A stretch of DNA of 64,000 bases from an uncultured Candidatus Saccharibacteria bacterium (GCA_964549935.1 CAZJVT010000001.1:27922-91921); one strand, 5' to 3'; shown: positions 1-10,896, numbered from the stretch's first letter. Translations and numbers: made by a program. Notes: generated by a model from the sequence alone, not told the origin.

Positions 1-228
1 AAGATTGACCACAACCTTTCGGTTTTCCTGACTCGGAGCTTTGACGCCGACGTTTTTAAGCGCTGCATTAAGACGTTCTTTTGATTCAGCTAACGCTTTG
101 TCGGCAAGTCCGACGATAGTAAATGAATGTAGACCAGTGTGTACGTCTGTTTCGACTTCAATGAGCCGCGCTTCAATACCGTCTAACTCTGCGGAGTAGA
201 CTTTAGATAATGAACGTTTTGTAGCCAT
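1..228 (-). CDS. comM: ComM/YifB-family Mg-chelatase-like ATPase, N-terminal part (gene continues beyond window start)
   Basis: Reverse translation from the ATG at 226-228 gives MATKRSLSKVYSAELDGIEARLIEVETDVHTGLHSFTIVGLADKALAESKERLNAALKNVG. This matches the ComM/YifB N-terminal (SSV/GL.SFTIVGL.D.AV.ES.ER) pattern. The ORF is open to position 1. Confidence 0.55.
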   Translation of the reverse strand, partial: MATKRSLSKVYSAELDGIEARLIEVETDVHTGLHSFTIVGLADKALAESKERLNAALKNVGVKAPSQENRKVVVNL

Positions 229-239
229 ACGAGCTAGGC

Positions 240-575
240 TTAACGCATCGCTGCTTTGCAGGCCTTGCAGTAGCGGCTCTCCGGGTCAACTTTCAAAAGC
301 TCAACTTCAATCTCTTTTTTGCACTTCTCGCAAAAACCATATTTGCCCTGTTCCATCTTTTGCAGTGCATCATCAACGCGATGCGCACGACGCTTGAGCG
401 TCTCCACCATTCCGGCTTGCGCAGCCATTTCAGTTGCTTCATCTGCCTCTTCTTCGAAAGAATCAATATCGTCACCCATATCAACCGGCTTGCGCAGCTT
501 CGTGATTTGGCCCATAAGCATTGTTTTGAGAGAAACGAGCTGCTTCTTGAAGTATCCGACAAGTTTTATATCCAT
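240..575 (-). CDS. DksA/TraR-family C4 zinc-finger protein
   Basis: 111 aa with a coiled-coil N-terminus and C-terminal CEKC...(17)...CKAC four-Cys zinc finger. Confidence 0.6.
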   Translation of the reverse strand: MDIKLVGYFKKQLVSLKTMLMGQITKLRKPVDMGDDIDSFEEEADEATEMAAQAGMVETLKRRAHRVDDALQKMEQGKYGFCEKCKKEIEVELLKVDPESRYCKACKAAMR

Positions 576-601
576 ATGTGTAAGTTTACCTCACAGAGCT
601 A

Positions 602-1717
602 TTAGGCCGCAAGCCTGCGTCTTTTCTGCTCTTCGTCTTTCTTTTTCTGTCGCGCAAGATAATCAGCCGCAGAGATAACCTTGCCGCCAAATCTATTCTC
701 GCCGGAACCATTCTCGCCCGAGCTACTAATCGGACCTTCCGTCATCTCCTCCGGCAGATCTGCGTAAGGACTATCTAGCTCTGCGCGTCGCGCAACCTCG
801 GCCTCAATATCTCCACTTTCATCACCGCCGCCCTCTCCGCCTTGCGGAGCTTGCGCTTTAACCGGAGACGTCTTTTTCTCGGTAGCAATTTTACCCACAC
901 CATACTGCTCACCAACGCCAGTGGCTTTGTTGGTGCCGCCTGCTGCTTCAGCTTCGCCGGGTAAGCCTCCTCCCTCAATCCCTCCAGCTAAATTTTGGAT
1001 ACCTTCTGTGGCGCCTGCCGCTCCAGCCTGACTGATTGATTCGCCCCGTTGAAGCCCTTCGGCGGTCCTCGCAACGCCACCGGCGGCGCCTTCTACCACT
1101 GCAGCTTCTGGGACGGCGTACTTAGCAACTCCGGCAACTTTTTGGACACCTCGTGCCACCGGCGCGACTGTAGCTAATGCTTTCTTCCCGCTATGAATAA
1201 CGTAAGCAGTTACCAGGATAGCGGTGCACTGCGGCAACGAAGAGATAAAAGGGAAGAAGCCGGAGAAACCTAGAATGTTTGCTATTTTATTAAACTTCTT
1301 AAGCGCCTCTTCGTCTCCCTTACCGACTCCGGCGGCCTTAAGAATTAACTTAAAAAGAAATACGGCCGGCGGCTTAATCAAAGAATCGAGGATGAAACCG
1401 GCGCCAAGCAAAAAATCGAGCGCGATACATATCGCATCAATAAAAACTGCGGGTATCGCCAACAAAACCCAAATTGCTGTTGACGGACCTTCGCCTGCAC
1501 TGGCTTGCTGAGACCCCTCACTATCCGTGCCCCCATTCTCTTCTGGGCCCATTTCTCCGTCGCCTCCAACGCCGCCCGGCATTTGATCTCTATACATTGC
1601 ACCATCAGCACCGACGCCATTAGGCATAGTCTCTGTGGGATATTTCGGCCGAGTGGACCCAGAGGATAGTTGAGAGGTTTTTGGGGCGGCACTTTTAACC
1701 GCTGTGTCTAAAGCCAT
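602..1717 (-). CDS. hypothetical Gly/Ala-rich membrane protein
   Basis: 371-aa ORF with 2-3 hydrophobic helices flanked by low-complexity G/A/E-rich regions. No recognisable domain. Confidence 0.35.
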   Translation of the reverse strand: MALDTAVKSAAPKTSQLSSGSTRPKYPTETMPNGVGADGAMYRDQMPGGVGGDGEMGPEENGGTDSEGSQQASAGEGPSTAIWVLLAIPAVFIDAICIALDFLLGAGFILDSLIKPPAVFLFKLILKAAGVGKGDEEALKKFNKIANILGFSGFFPFISSLPQCTAILVTAYVIHSGKKALATVAPVARGVQKVAGVAKYAVPEAAVVEGAAGGVARTAEGLQRGESISQAGAAGATEGIQNLAGGIEGGGLPGEAEAAGGTNKATGVGEQYGVGKIATEKKTSPVKAQAPQGGEGGGDESGDIEAEVARRAELDSPYADLPEEMTEGPISSSGENGSGENRFGGKVISAADYLARQKKKDEEQKRRRLAA

Positions 1718-1818
1718 GCTTACAGTATAACGTAAAAACGCTACGAAATACGAAAGGTGCCTTACGAAAGTACGAACGGGTCTTTATTTCGTAAAAGTTC
1801 GTATTTCGAAGTAACCCA

Positions 1819-2697
1819 TTACTCCCAAGTTCGTATCTCGAAGTGCACGTGCGGACCCGTAGAGTGACCAGTTGAACCGCTAAGACCAATAACTTGCCCC
1901 TTCTTAACCTTGTCACCCGGAACGACTAGCAAATCGCTTAAGTGCGCATAAAGCGTCTGGATGGCAAAGCCGGAGTCCATCACGAAATCAGGGTGCTCGA
2001 TAACAACATAGTTACCATAACCGCCATTCCAGCCGTTAAAAGCTTTTAAGACTATACCGTCTGCGGAGGCAGCAACCGGAGTTCCTACCGGAACCGGTAA
2101 GTCGTGGGCGGTCTGCCAATACTTACCATCGCCGTGCGCCGGCCCGACCGGAGCCTGCACAGGATATTTAAATGCCTTGGGCATATCGCCGTTAAAGGCA
2201 ATTTTTGATGCAGGACGAGCTTGATCTAGCGTTGGGAGCGGCAAAAGTAGCTGATCGCCAACGATGAGCGGACCATCCGCAAGCTTATTCAGCTTAATTA
2301 GTTCTTTTTCATTGACATGATTCTTCTGCGCGACGGAAAAAGTTGTGTCGCCTGGGCCAACGCTATAAATGAGACTGCCGGATTGCGTCACCTTTGTGCC
2401 ATTAAACAAAAGGGCGCCCTCGCCTCCGGCGGCCCCGCTTGAAACCTGGGCGACTGGCAGGAGAGTGGCGCTATCATCAATTCCTTCATCAAAAACGCCC
2501 GTAGCAGCATAGGCGACTCCTTGCTCGAAGAGAGCATGCTGGCTTTCTTCCCTCCGAGCCTCTGGACCACCGTAAATGAGCTCCGTCGAAGGCTTCGGTG
2601 AGACTGAAAAGGCGACCTCCGCAAAGAGGGCGATAAAGGCGAAAACGAGAGCAACCCCAACAGTCCTCGGCAACACCGAGGTTAGTCGCTTGCTCAT
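1819..2697 (-). CDS. M23/LytM-family peptidase with LysM domain and N-terminal transmembrane anchor
   Basis: C-terminal HxxxD...GYGNYVVIEH...GSTGHSTGPHVHFE M23 motifs and a LysM-like segment (GDTTFSVAQKNHV...LIKLNKL). Start chosen at MSKRLTSVLPRTVG directly before the transmembrane helix; the ORF track extends to 2838. Confidence 0.7.
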   Translation of the reverse strand: MSKRLTSVLPRTVGVALVFAFIALFAEVAFSVSPKPSTELIYGGPEARREESQHALFEQGVAYAATGVFDEGIDDSATLLPVAQVSSGAAGGEGALLFNGTKVTQSGSLIYSVGPGDTTFSVAQKNHVNEKELIKLNKLADGPLIVGDQLLLPLPTLDQARPASKIAFNGDMPKAFKYPVQAPVGPAHGDGKYWQTAHDLPVPVGTPVAASADGIVLKAFNGWNGGYGNYVVIEHPDFVMDSGFAIQTLYAHLSDLLVVPGDKVKKGQVIGLSGSTGHSTGPHVHFEIRTWE

Positions 2698-2975
2698 AGC
2701 AAGAGAAGCCTTTAACGTATATTTTGTGCGGGTTGCCGCCGCTTGCAGCCAGATACCGCTCATCAATTTTTCTTTCATATTTTTGTTGCCCAGCTCTGTC
2801 ATATTCACCGCCGATTGGCAATGTTTCGCTCTGGGCAATAAGGTCTAATACTACCAGAAATCGAACAGTCTGTCGAGCTAGACAGACGGCGAAAAAACGA
2901 GTAGAAACTATCACGAAAATTACCCAGAAATGACCTCCTTTTTAAGAACCTATGCTAGAATTGCTGAACTAATTT

Positions 2976-4823
2976 ATGACCTCACTCAACCCAGACCAAG
3001 ATCGTGCCGTAAACCATCCAGGAGGCCCACTTTTGATGGCGGCTGGTGCCGGATCGGGCAAAACCAGGGCTTTGACGAGCCGTTTAAAGGCGCTTATTGC
3101 CCGGGGAATACCGCCGCACGAAATCGTGTCGATTACCTTCACTAACAAAGCCGCCAAAGAGATGCGCGAGCGCGTTTTTGGTAAAGAGCGAGCCGAGATG
3201 AAGTGGACGCCTTATTTTCCTGTTTACGGGGAACCTTTCATCGGTACCTTCCACTCGTTTGGCGCCAAACTTCTTAAGAATGAGGCTGCGCTGCTCGGAC
3301 GAACGCCGGCTTTTTCGATTTTTGATGATGATGACTCGGCGGGCATCATCAAACAAATTCTCAAGGCGATGGATTTGAGCAAAGAGCTCTTTAAGCCAAA
3401 AGTGCTGGCTGGCCGCATCAGCTCGCTAAAGAGCGAACTCAAGGGCATCTCCGAACTCTACGAGTCCCCGGACAACCGTGACCAAATTTTCGCCGAGATT
3501 TTTACGCGTTACGAACAGGCTCTTAAAGCAAATAATGCCTTCGACTTCGATGACCTGATCGCCAAACCGGTGACGCTGTTTCACTCGCACCCGGAGATAC
3601 TGCAAAAATATCAAAAGCTTTTTAGCCACATCCTGGTCGACGAGTACCAGGACATCAACACCTCGCAGTACCAACTCGTGCGACTCCTCGCGCGTGAGCA
3701 TAAAAATATCAGCGTGGTCGGCGATGACTTCCAATCAATCTATGCATTTCGCGGTGCCGACTTCCGTAACTTTTTAAATTTTACGAAGGACTGGCCAAAT
3801 GCCACGCTCATTAAGCTCGAGCAGAACTACCGCTCAAGCGCCAATATCATCGAGGCCGCCAATGCCGTCATTAAAAACAACACCGTCCAGACACCAAAAG
3901 ATTTGTGGACCGAGAATCCGGCGGGGGACAAGGTTCGCATTGTAGCAGCAAACGACGGCGATTCAGAAGCCGCCTGGATAGCGGGTGAGATTTGGAATCT
4001 GCGCCGACAAAACCCGGATGCCGAGATCGCAATTTTATATCGCACTAATGCGCAGTCGCGCGCGATTGAGCAATCGCTGCTTTCGGCCAATCTTCCTTAC
4101 AAAATCTTTGGCGGGCTAAAGTTTTACGACCGCAAAGAAATCAAAGACGTCCTCGCCGGACTTCGTTTGGCCAACAACCCGCTCGATACTATGAGCGCCG
4201 AGCGACTCCAGGCCTCACTCGGCAAACGCGCGAGCGCACCGGTTATCACCGCCATGCAAGCGGCAGGAGACAGGGGCCAGGAGACAGGAGACAGCGCAGA
4301 GAAAAAAGGGATCGCCGTGATCATCGATACCTTTATGCGCTCTGCCAACTACTTATCATTTTTGGAAGAAAAGTTTACCAACGCCCAGGAACGCACAGAA
4401 AACATCATGGAGCTTGTGCGTTTTGCCGGGGAGTTCGAGAGCCTCGCGGAGTTTCTGGAACGTGCCTCGCTGCTACAATCCGCTGATACACCCAGCGATG
4501 CGCAGGGAAGTAATGCAAACCCGGTTAACCTGATGACGATTCATATCGCCAAAGGTCTGGAGTTTGACTACGTCTTCATCATCGGCGTTAATGAAGGTAT
4601 GCTGCCGCATGAGCGCTCGATGGATAAGCTCGACCAGGTAGAGGAGGAGCGCCGCTTGATGTACGTCGCGATGACTCGAGCCCGCAAGCGGCTCTACGTG
4701 CTCTTTCACGCCTTTGCCAGCCGTTTCGTGTATGAAATCCCGCGAGATATTTGCGAATTCATCAGCTGCGATGGCTTAAGCGACAAGCTGCGAGATGAGG
4801 ATGAGATGTGGATCGAAAACTAA
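2976..4823 (+). CDS. UvrD/PcrA/Rep superfamily-I DNA helicase
   Basis: N-terminal LNPDQDRAV...AGAGSGKTRALTSR Walker A and helicase motifs throughout, plus a C-terminal VAMTRARKRL motif. Confidence 0.8.
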   Translation: MTSLNPDQDRAVNHPGGPLLMAAGAGSGKTRALTSRLKALIARGIPPHEIVSITFTNKAAKEMRERVFGKERAEMKWTPYFPVYGEPFIGTFHSFGAKLLKNEAALLGRTPAFSIFDDDDSAGIIKQILKAMDLSKELFKPKVLAGRISSLKSELKGISELYESPDNRDQIFAEIFTRYEQALKANNAFDFDDLIAKPVTLFHSHPEILQKYQKLFSHILVDEYQDINTSQYQLVRLLAREHKNISVVGDDFQSIYAFRGADFRNFLNFTKDWPNATLIKLEQNYRSSANIIEAANAVIKNNTVQTPKDLWTENPAGDKVRIVAANDGDSEAAWIAGEIWNLRRQNPDAEIAILYRTNAQSRAIEQSLLSANLPYKIFGGLKFYDRKEIKDVLAGLRLANNPLDTMSAERLQASLGKRASAPVITAMQAAGDRGQETGDSAEKKGIAVIIDTFMRSANYLSFLEEKFTNAQERTENIMELVRFAGEFESLAEFLERASLLQSADTPSDAQGSNANPVNLMTIHIAKGLEFDYVFIIGVNEGMLPHERSMDKLDQVEEERRLMYVAMTRARKRLYVLFHAFASRFVYEIPRDICEFISCDGLSDKLRDEDEMWIEN

Positions 4824-5620
4824 TTATTGCTATGGGAGAAAAGCTTGGCCAACATTTTTTAATTAACACTGGGGCGATAACAAAAATTATTGCTGGACTC
4901 CAACTGCAAAAAGGGGAGGGCGTTATTGAAATTGGCCCAGGCGCGGGAGCACTCACGAAGCCGCTCGCCGAACTCTGCGCTCAATTAAACTGTAAACTGC
5001 AGTGTATCGAAAAAGATCCTGAATTAGTTAATTCGTTAGCTAGTGAATTTGTTAGTTCGCAAAACGTAGAAATAATCAGCGGAGATGCTCTTATTGAACT
5101 TCCGAAGCTAACTAACCAACTAACCAAGCAACTAGCTAACTATAAAGTAGTCGGCAATATCCCGTACTACATCACCGGGCACTTGCTGCGCACGATAGGG
5201 GAGCTCGAGCACAAGCCGGCGGTTACAGTGCTCATGATCCAAAAAGAAGTGGCGGAGCGCCTTACCGCAGAAGCTGGAGCAAACAATCTGCTCGCCGCTG
5301 CGACCCAGATTTGGGCAGATGCAGAACTCCTTTTTAAATTGCCACCGAAAGACTTCGACCCGCCGCCGCAGGTTTGGTCTGCGGTTATTAGACTCACGCA
5401 AAAAAAATCTCAACCGACACTGGAGGCAGCGAAAAAGTATTATGACGCGCTGCATGTCATTTTTAAGCAACCGAGAAAAACGCTCCTGAACAATTTGAGC
5501 GAAAAAGTCAGCAGGGAAGAGGCTTGCGAGCTCCTCGAATCTCTCAAATTACCCGAAAAAACTCGCCCTCAAGACCTCTCTCTTGAGCAGATTCAGAGAC
5601 TGGCGGCTACGCTCGCCTAG
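4808..5620 (+). CDS. rsmA: 16S rRNA (adenine1518/1519-N6)-dimethyltransferase RsmA/KsgA
   Basis: LGQHFL motif, GPGAGALT SAM-binding motif, 270 aa. Overlaps the helicase 3' end by 16 nt. Confidence 0.8.
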   Translation: MDRKLIIAMGEKLGQHFLINTGAITKIIAGLQLQKGEGVIEIGPGAGALTKPLAELCAQLNCKLQCIEKDPELVNSLASEFVSSQNVEIISGDALIELPKLTNQLTKQLANYKVVGNIPYYITGHLLRTIGELEHKPAVTVLMIQKEVAERLTAEAGANNLLAAATQIWADAELLFKLPPKDFDPPPQVWSAVIRLTQKKSQPTLEAAKKYYDALHVIFKQPRKTLLNNLSEKVSREEACELLESLKLPEKTRPQDLSLEQIQRLAATLA

Positions 5621-5713
5621 GCTCGGTTAATTTTACGCAGATTAACAGCTTATTCACACCTTATCCCGTGGTATACTTTTTGTAGGACTCGTCTATCTCG
5701 GGTCTACCTGACG

Positions 5714-6460
5714 ATGAACTATAAAATCGTATCAGTTGGCGTCCTTTTGCTTGCATCTACAGTGGCAGGGTTAGTTTTATTTACGAAAAACTCCGAACAA
5801 GTATTTAAAGCCCCGGAAGGGGCTATCGCGAAACAAGATATTTTGAAGGCCCCTGACCCTCAAACGATCCGAGCGACTCTGCCGACAGTGACCAACCAAG
5901 TTGCCCAATCTATCGCGCAAGACATTCTTAACCGCAATCCACAGGGCCCGCAACCGTCCAAAAACCTAGCCGGGGTAAGCAGCATAACCGCTCTTGACCC
6001 TAAACTCGTCGCAAGCAAAATTCTTGAAGAAGACGTACAGAAAGCGACGACTGCTATTTTTGCGGGGGCGCCGAAATCAGAAGAAATAAATCAAAGTTCT
6101 TCGGCTTCACCGGCCGAATACTTAAAGAACAGGGGCGAAATTATAAAAGCGGCTCAGTTACGACTAGCTCCTTATCAAGGTAAAAAATTTACAGACGCAA
6201 CCCTGACAGTAATGCGCGACACAATCCGATCAACGCTGGGAGCAATGAACGCATTGCAGGTTCCACCAAGCCTCATCTCAATCCACAGCGAGCAGGTGCG
6301 TCTTTTGAAGGCTCAATTCGCTATTTTCGACAACATTCTGAACCGCGACACTGACCCCGTCGCCGCCTCTGTTTCAATCTCTCTCATACAAAAGGTTAAC
6401 GAAGACCTTGCAACGCTAAGCCGAACAATTAAGGCTTATATAGCACAGCACTCTTCTTAA
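5714..6460 (+). CDS. hypothetical protein with N-terminal transmembrane/signal segment (first gene of T4SS-like operon)
   Basis: MNYKIVSVGVLLLASTVAGLVLF hydrophobic N-terminus. Co-directional and contiguous with downstream genes. Confidence 0.4.
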   Translation: MNYKIVSVGVLLLASTVAGLVLFTKNSEQVFKAPEGAIAKQDILKAPDPQTIRATLPTVTNQVAQSIAQDILNRNPQGPQPSKNLAGVSSITALDPKLVASKILEEDVQKATTAIFAGAPKSEEINQSSSASPAEYLKNRGEIIKAAQLRLAPYQGKKFTDATLTVMRDTIRSTLGAMNALQVPPSLISIHSEQVRLLKAQFAIFDNILNRDTDPVAASVSISLIQKVNEDLATLSRTIKAYIAQHSS

Positions 6461-6463
6461 AAT

Positions 6464-8473
6464 ATGCGAAGCTGGTTCTCAAAAACTATAACAAGCGTCG
6501 TGCTTCTCACAATAATTGGGAGCATGATTGTGTTTCCACAGCCGGCATCGGCAGTTATACCAGTCACAGAAGACAACCCGCTGGTCCTTGTGCCAGAAGC
6601 GGAAACTTCTATCGCAACCAACGCAACTGCGATAACGTCCGCTGAAACTTCCATCGCAGTCGGTCTTGATGCATCAGCGAACATCGCGAACCTTGGGCAA
6701 AAACTTTTTGAGTGGGCCCAAACGACCCTTATCCAGAGCATCAAAAAAGCCCTGCTTGATTACTTAGTAAACCGAGTCATCAATTACATAAAGGGCGCAA
6801 AAGATGGTGGTTTTATTGGTGATTGGCAGTCGTACCTTTCGGGCGTAGTCGCGACGCAACTACAGATTTTCGGTCAACGAGTGGTAGGCGTAGATATTTG
6901 CGCTCCATTCAGCGCTCAACTCAAATTAGCTTTCAATCTTCCGCCAGTGCAAGAATTTGGTGACAAAATAACTTGTACCTTCGACCAAATCGGCGAGAAT
7001 ATTCAAGACTTCCAAAGCGACTTTCAACACGGGAAATGGCTGGCATATAGTAAATCGTGGGAGTCAAACAATAACGGTTATGGAGTTTTCTTGACTGCCT
7101 CGCTCGCCCAATCAGCTGATGTCATTGCCGCCAAAGAAACTTCGCTTAGCGAGGCTGTTTCCGGGCAGGGCTTCTTGAGCAAAAAAGTCTGCACAGGTAA
7201 GCTACCGGAGCCAGATTCATCGAAAGGGGAGTTGCCCGGCCCGGATATCGACGGAGAAAATGGGCCGAATGATGACCCCGCGACCTGCTCTATTGTAACA
7301 CCGGGAGCCGTTGTAAGTGGCGCAGTGACCCAGGCGATGGGGGCTGATTATGGCTACATTAATAGTCTGACTGGGACTGACATTGGTCCTTATATCGCTG
7401 CGATTGCCAATGCCATGGTCGGCCGCATCTTGGATGAAGGTCTCGGCTTGGTAGCCAAGGCGGCAAGCTCAGACCCGCCAGACATCAACAGTTATGTCAA
7501 TGTTGCGAGCGTCACTCGTTCAGCCGCGCAACGCTTCCGTAATGAGAGTCAGCGAATGAAGGTCTCTGTGCGGGACTCAATCCAGGACCGCCTTACGGCG
7601 CAGGCCTTCGTCACAAGTGCCTCAACCACGTGGCTAAAGTTTACTCATAATCCAGATGACATAATCCAGGACGCGATTGACCAAATATCTACAGCGCGCC
7701 AGGTTCTTACCTACACCTATAATGAGCTAAGCAAGGTAATCAAGCGGTCGCAAATAAAAACCTGGCCTAATGGAGTGCCGAGCCTCTGTTCGCCAGTTAA
7801 AAATTTGGCCTCTATCGACAACACCGCACTGCCGGGTATCCAAAAACGAATCGCTTTAGCAAGCGAAGCTCTTGATACTCTTGCGATTGCCCACGATGAC
7901 TACCCGGAACTTGACCCAGAATTTGTTGTTATCGCTACGACGACTAGATTTTCTACCGGGAATGACAACGATGCTTTCTTGGAGCAAATCGCGGATGCTT
8001 CTGTAGACAGCCTCGGACTTGGCCCAGCAGATGTCGATCCTTCGGAAGAACACAACATTGATCAGCTAGCAATATTAAAAGAGGTGCAGTATGAATTAGA
8101 TTATCAACTTCTCGAGAACACCACGAGTACTCAAGCTCGCCTCGGGGACTTGAACAACGTACTTGGAGACAGCGCAGTCAATAATGCGCGCCAATTCAAA
8201 AATGCGATGCAAAAAATCGACAACGACATCGAGAAGGTCTTTAAAGTTGCAACCGCCTACGCGGATCGTCTCTCGAAGTGCTTGAAGCCTCGCGACGAAA
8301 ATGATCTCGATAATGGAGTTGTGGTTGGATGGACGGCGAACGACCCAGGAGATGAATCAATCGGGAAGCCGGCACGAAACCCCGGCTTCCCCTGGGAAAC
8401 CGACGCTGACATACAAAATCAAACCGAAACGATTGATAATGCAACGTCCTCGGACGACTACGCGCCACAATAA
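6464..8473 (+). CDS. large secreted hypothetical protein (669 aa) in T4SS-like operon
   Basis: Signal peptide (VVLLTIIGSMIVFPQPASA), no internal stops. Starts 4 nt after the upstream stop. Confidence 0.45.
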   Translation: MRSWFSKTITSVVLLTIIGSMIVFPQPASAVIPVTEDNPLVLVPEAETSIATNATAITSAETSIAVGLDASANIANLGQKLFEWAQTTLIQSIKKALLDYLVNRVINYIKGAKDGGFIGDWQSYLSGVVATQLQIFGQRVVGVDICAPFSAQLKLAFNLPPVQEFGDKITCTFDQIGENIQDFQSDFQHGKWLAYSKSWESNNNGYGVFLTASLAQSADVIAAKETSLSEAVSGQGFLSKKVCTGKLPEPDSSKGELPGPDIDGENGPNDDPATCSIVTPGAVVSGAVTQAMGADYGYINSLTGTDIGPYIAAIANAMVGRILDEGLGLVAKAASSDPPDINSYVNVASVTRSAAQRFRNESQRMKVSVRDSIQDRLTAQAFVTSASTTWLKFTHNPDDIIQDAIDQISTARQVLTYTYNELSKVIKRSQIKTWPNGVPSLCSPVKNLASIDNTALPGIQKRIALASEALDTLAIAHDDYPELDPEFVVIATTTRFSTGNDNDAFLEQIADASVDSLGLGPADVDPSEEHNIDQLAILKEVQYELDYQLLENTTSTQARLGDLNNVLGDSAVNNARQFKNAMQKIDNDIEKVFKVATAYADRLSKCLKPRDENDLDNGVVVGWTANDPGDESIGKPARNPGFPWETDADIQNQTETIDNATSSDDYAPQ

Positions 8474-8479
8474 ACTCTT

Positions 8480-10879
8480 ATGGCTGCATTTCTTAAAAAG
8501 ACAAAGTTGCTAAAATGGCTCATCTGTAGCGGCTTTGTATTGACAATAGCTGCAGTGGTGCTTTTGCTACCTTCCCACTCGGCAAATGCTGCTTGGTACA
8601 ACCCAATCGACTGGGTTACGGGTAGCTTTTCAATGTTCATCAATGCCGCGCTGCTTGGAATTCCTTACATTTTCGGCTTAGTTGGCGGCTCGATCCTTAC
8701 ATTGGCGAGCCTCTTAACCAGCTATTTCTTTACCCTCAACACCGAGATACTGCCCGACAAGTTCCATATGATAGAAAATGGGTTTCGCATTTGCTTGGGC
8801 ATCGCAAACCTCATCTTTGTCATCGCACTCATCATTATTGCTTTTGCAACCATCTTGAATGTCCAGGAATATTCTGCGAAAAAGCTTCTTGGAAAACTCA
8901 TCGTAACTGCAGTCCTCGTTAACTTCAGCTATTTAATTGTCGGCGTCTTTCTTGATATGAGCCACGTACTCACGATGTTCTTTATATCCGGTGGGGGAGT
9001 GGCTAATGTCGGGGCAAAGTTCGGCGAAAGCATCGGCGCTATCTTGCAGCCACAGAAATTCTTGGTGACGCCAGACATCGCGAACCTATCAACTACGGTC
9101 TTTTCCTCTGAATGGTTACAAATGGTGCTTGGAGCAGTTATGGGCTCTATTTTTACCTGGATTGCCGCTATCGTCATGCTTTCAATCGCCATAATGTTCC
9201 TCGTCCGATATATCTACTTAGCGGTACTCATCATCCTAATGCCTCTTGCCTGGTCTCTACCTCTGATCCCGGGGATGAGCGAAATGAGCAGTAAATGGTG
9301 GAGCAAGTTTACACAGCAGGTTCTTTACTTGCCCGCCGCCACGTTCTTTATATACCTTTCGATGAGATTAGCGCTTTCCCTGCAGTCATCACATGACGGA
9401 TTCTCAACCGACCTCGCAAACACAACCACTTCCTACAGCAACCTTCCGTTCGCTCCCCAGCTTATCATGCAGATGATCATCCCAACAGGCTTCCTGGTCG
9501 CATCACTGATAGTCGCCAGCAAACTGGGAGGGGCGGGAACTGGATTCGGCCTTAAAATGGCGAATAAAGTAGCTGGCTTTGCGGAAAAATATGCAAGAGG
9601 TGTCGGCAGCAAAGTTTACAGCTACCAGAGAAATGGCAAGAGCATCGAGGCTGGGGTTAAAAAGCTAGCTGGCGCCGGAAGCAATGCTTTAACATGGCAG
9701 GGGCCTCAGGGTGATGGCAAACTTAAGAAAGGCCTCCGCGGCTTAATTCAAGGTGGTCGCGCAGTAGCTACCGGTGGAGCATCGAAGCAAATTGCAGGTC
9801 AACTAACTGAATTTAGCAAAGACAGGGAAAGCGCTCTGGAGGCCGCCAAAGCTTCACTGCACGACCTTGGAGAAGATCAACTTAACGACATGTATCATGA
9901 CGCGAAACATGCTCCGAAAGATGATACTGAATTCTATGCTGCAGTGGAGCATGCCGTCGAAGAAGGCGATATTGACCACCTGGACGCCTGGATGAGCGAT
10001 GACGCAACTCGCGCACGTATCGTCGCAACGGCAAAGATGTTTGATCCGAAGGCCGCTAAAGACCTCACGAAGAGCAAAACTCTTAAGGCCCTTGCGCAGT
10101 ATGACCCTCCGCATGCCGCCCTTATCACGGGACAGACCACCGAAGCCGTTCTTGGCGGTATGGATGCCAAGGCCTTACAGTCTATGAAAAAAGATGCTCT
10201 CTCGGATGAGAAGGTTATTAATGGCCTAACCCCAAGCCAGCTGGCAACTGCGGCTAGGGGCTCTGGCGAGCGTGAGCAGCTCATTAGCGATGGGCTCAAC
10301 GCCGTTGCCGCAAAAGAGATGGCTGCCCTTAATGACACAAGCCCTGAGGTAGTGGCGCTGAAAAACGAGGTGGCTGCAAAAAAACTTGAAATGGCTGCGG
10401 CAGTGACTGCAGGAAATAAAGAGCTCGAGAAAGAACTTCAAAGAGAAATCAATAAAATTGAACGTAGCATCAATAATATTCCGAAAATCAAATCGGCTGG
10501 AGCCGAACTTGCAGCTCTGGCTGGCAGTCTAGGATCAGCTAAAGATAAAACGGGCTACTACGGCTCCCTTGAAGATGCGAAAGAAGAACTTAAGGCTGCT
10601 CTAGCGCGTGGCGATACGGTGGTTGCTAAAAAATTTGCAAACTCGATGGATATTATTCAAAAACAAATCAGCGACGCTCGCGATAAACAGAGCAGGATCA
10701 TCTCTGACATGGACCTTAACGACCCGGTGATGAAAACGAACACCGCCCTGCGCGATTCACTTAAGGGCATCGACAGTTTGGCGAATAATATCGGCTCCGT
10801 TGTTTCGCAAGAGAAGAAACCGAAAAAGGAGCATGCTCATGCTAAAAACTATTTTGGCGGGGGCGGAGGTGGCCATTAA
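8480..10879 (+). CDS. VirB6/TrbL-like polytopic membrane protein with long C-terminal coiled-coil extension
   Basis: Signal/anchor followed by ~7 hydrophobic helices in the first ~350 aa. A ~450-aa hydrophilic A/K/E-rich tail ends in GGGGGGH. Confidence 0.5.
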   Translation: MAAFLKKTKLLKWLICSGFVLTIAAVVLLLPSHSANAAWYNPIDWVTGSFSMFINAALLGIPYIFGLVGGSILTLASLLTSYFFTLNTEILPDKFHMIENGFRICLGIANLIFVIALIIIAFATILNVQEYSAKKLLGKLIVTAVLVNFSYLIVGVFLDMSHVLTMFFISGGGVANVGAKFGESIGAILQPQKFLVTPDIANLSTTVFSSEWLQMVLGAVMGSIFTWIAAIVMLSIAIMFLVRYIYLAVLIILMPLAWSLPLIPGMSEMSSKWWSKFTQQVLYLPAATFFIYLSMRLALSLQSSHDGFSTDLANTTTSYSNLPFAPQLIMQMIIPTGFLVASLIVASKLGGAGTGFGLKMANKVAGFAEKYARGVGSKVYSYQRNGKSIEAGVKKLAGAGSNALTWQGPQGDGKLKKGLRGLIQGGRAVATGGASKQIAGQLTEFSKDRESALEAAKASLHDLGEDQLNDMYHDAKHAPKDDTEFYAAVEHAVEEGDIDHLDAWMSDDATRARIVATAKMFDPKAAKDLTKSKTLKALAQYDPPHAALITGQTTEAVLGGMDAKALQSMKKDALSDEKVINGLTPSQLATAARGSGEREQLISDGLNAVAAKEMAALNDTSPEVVALKNEVAAKKLEMAAAVTAGNKELEKELQREINKIERSINNIPKIKSAGAELAALAGSLGSAKDKTGYYGSLEDAKEELKAALARGDTVVAKKFANSMDIIQKQISDARDKQSRIISDMDLNDPVMKTNTALRDSLKGIDSLANNIGSVVSQEKKPKKEHAHAKNYFGGGGGGH

Positions 10880-10896
10880 TCTACTAGCTAATTATT

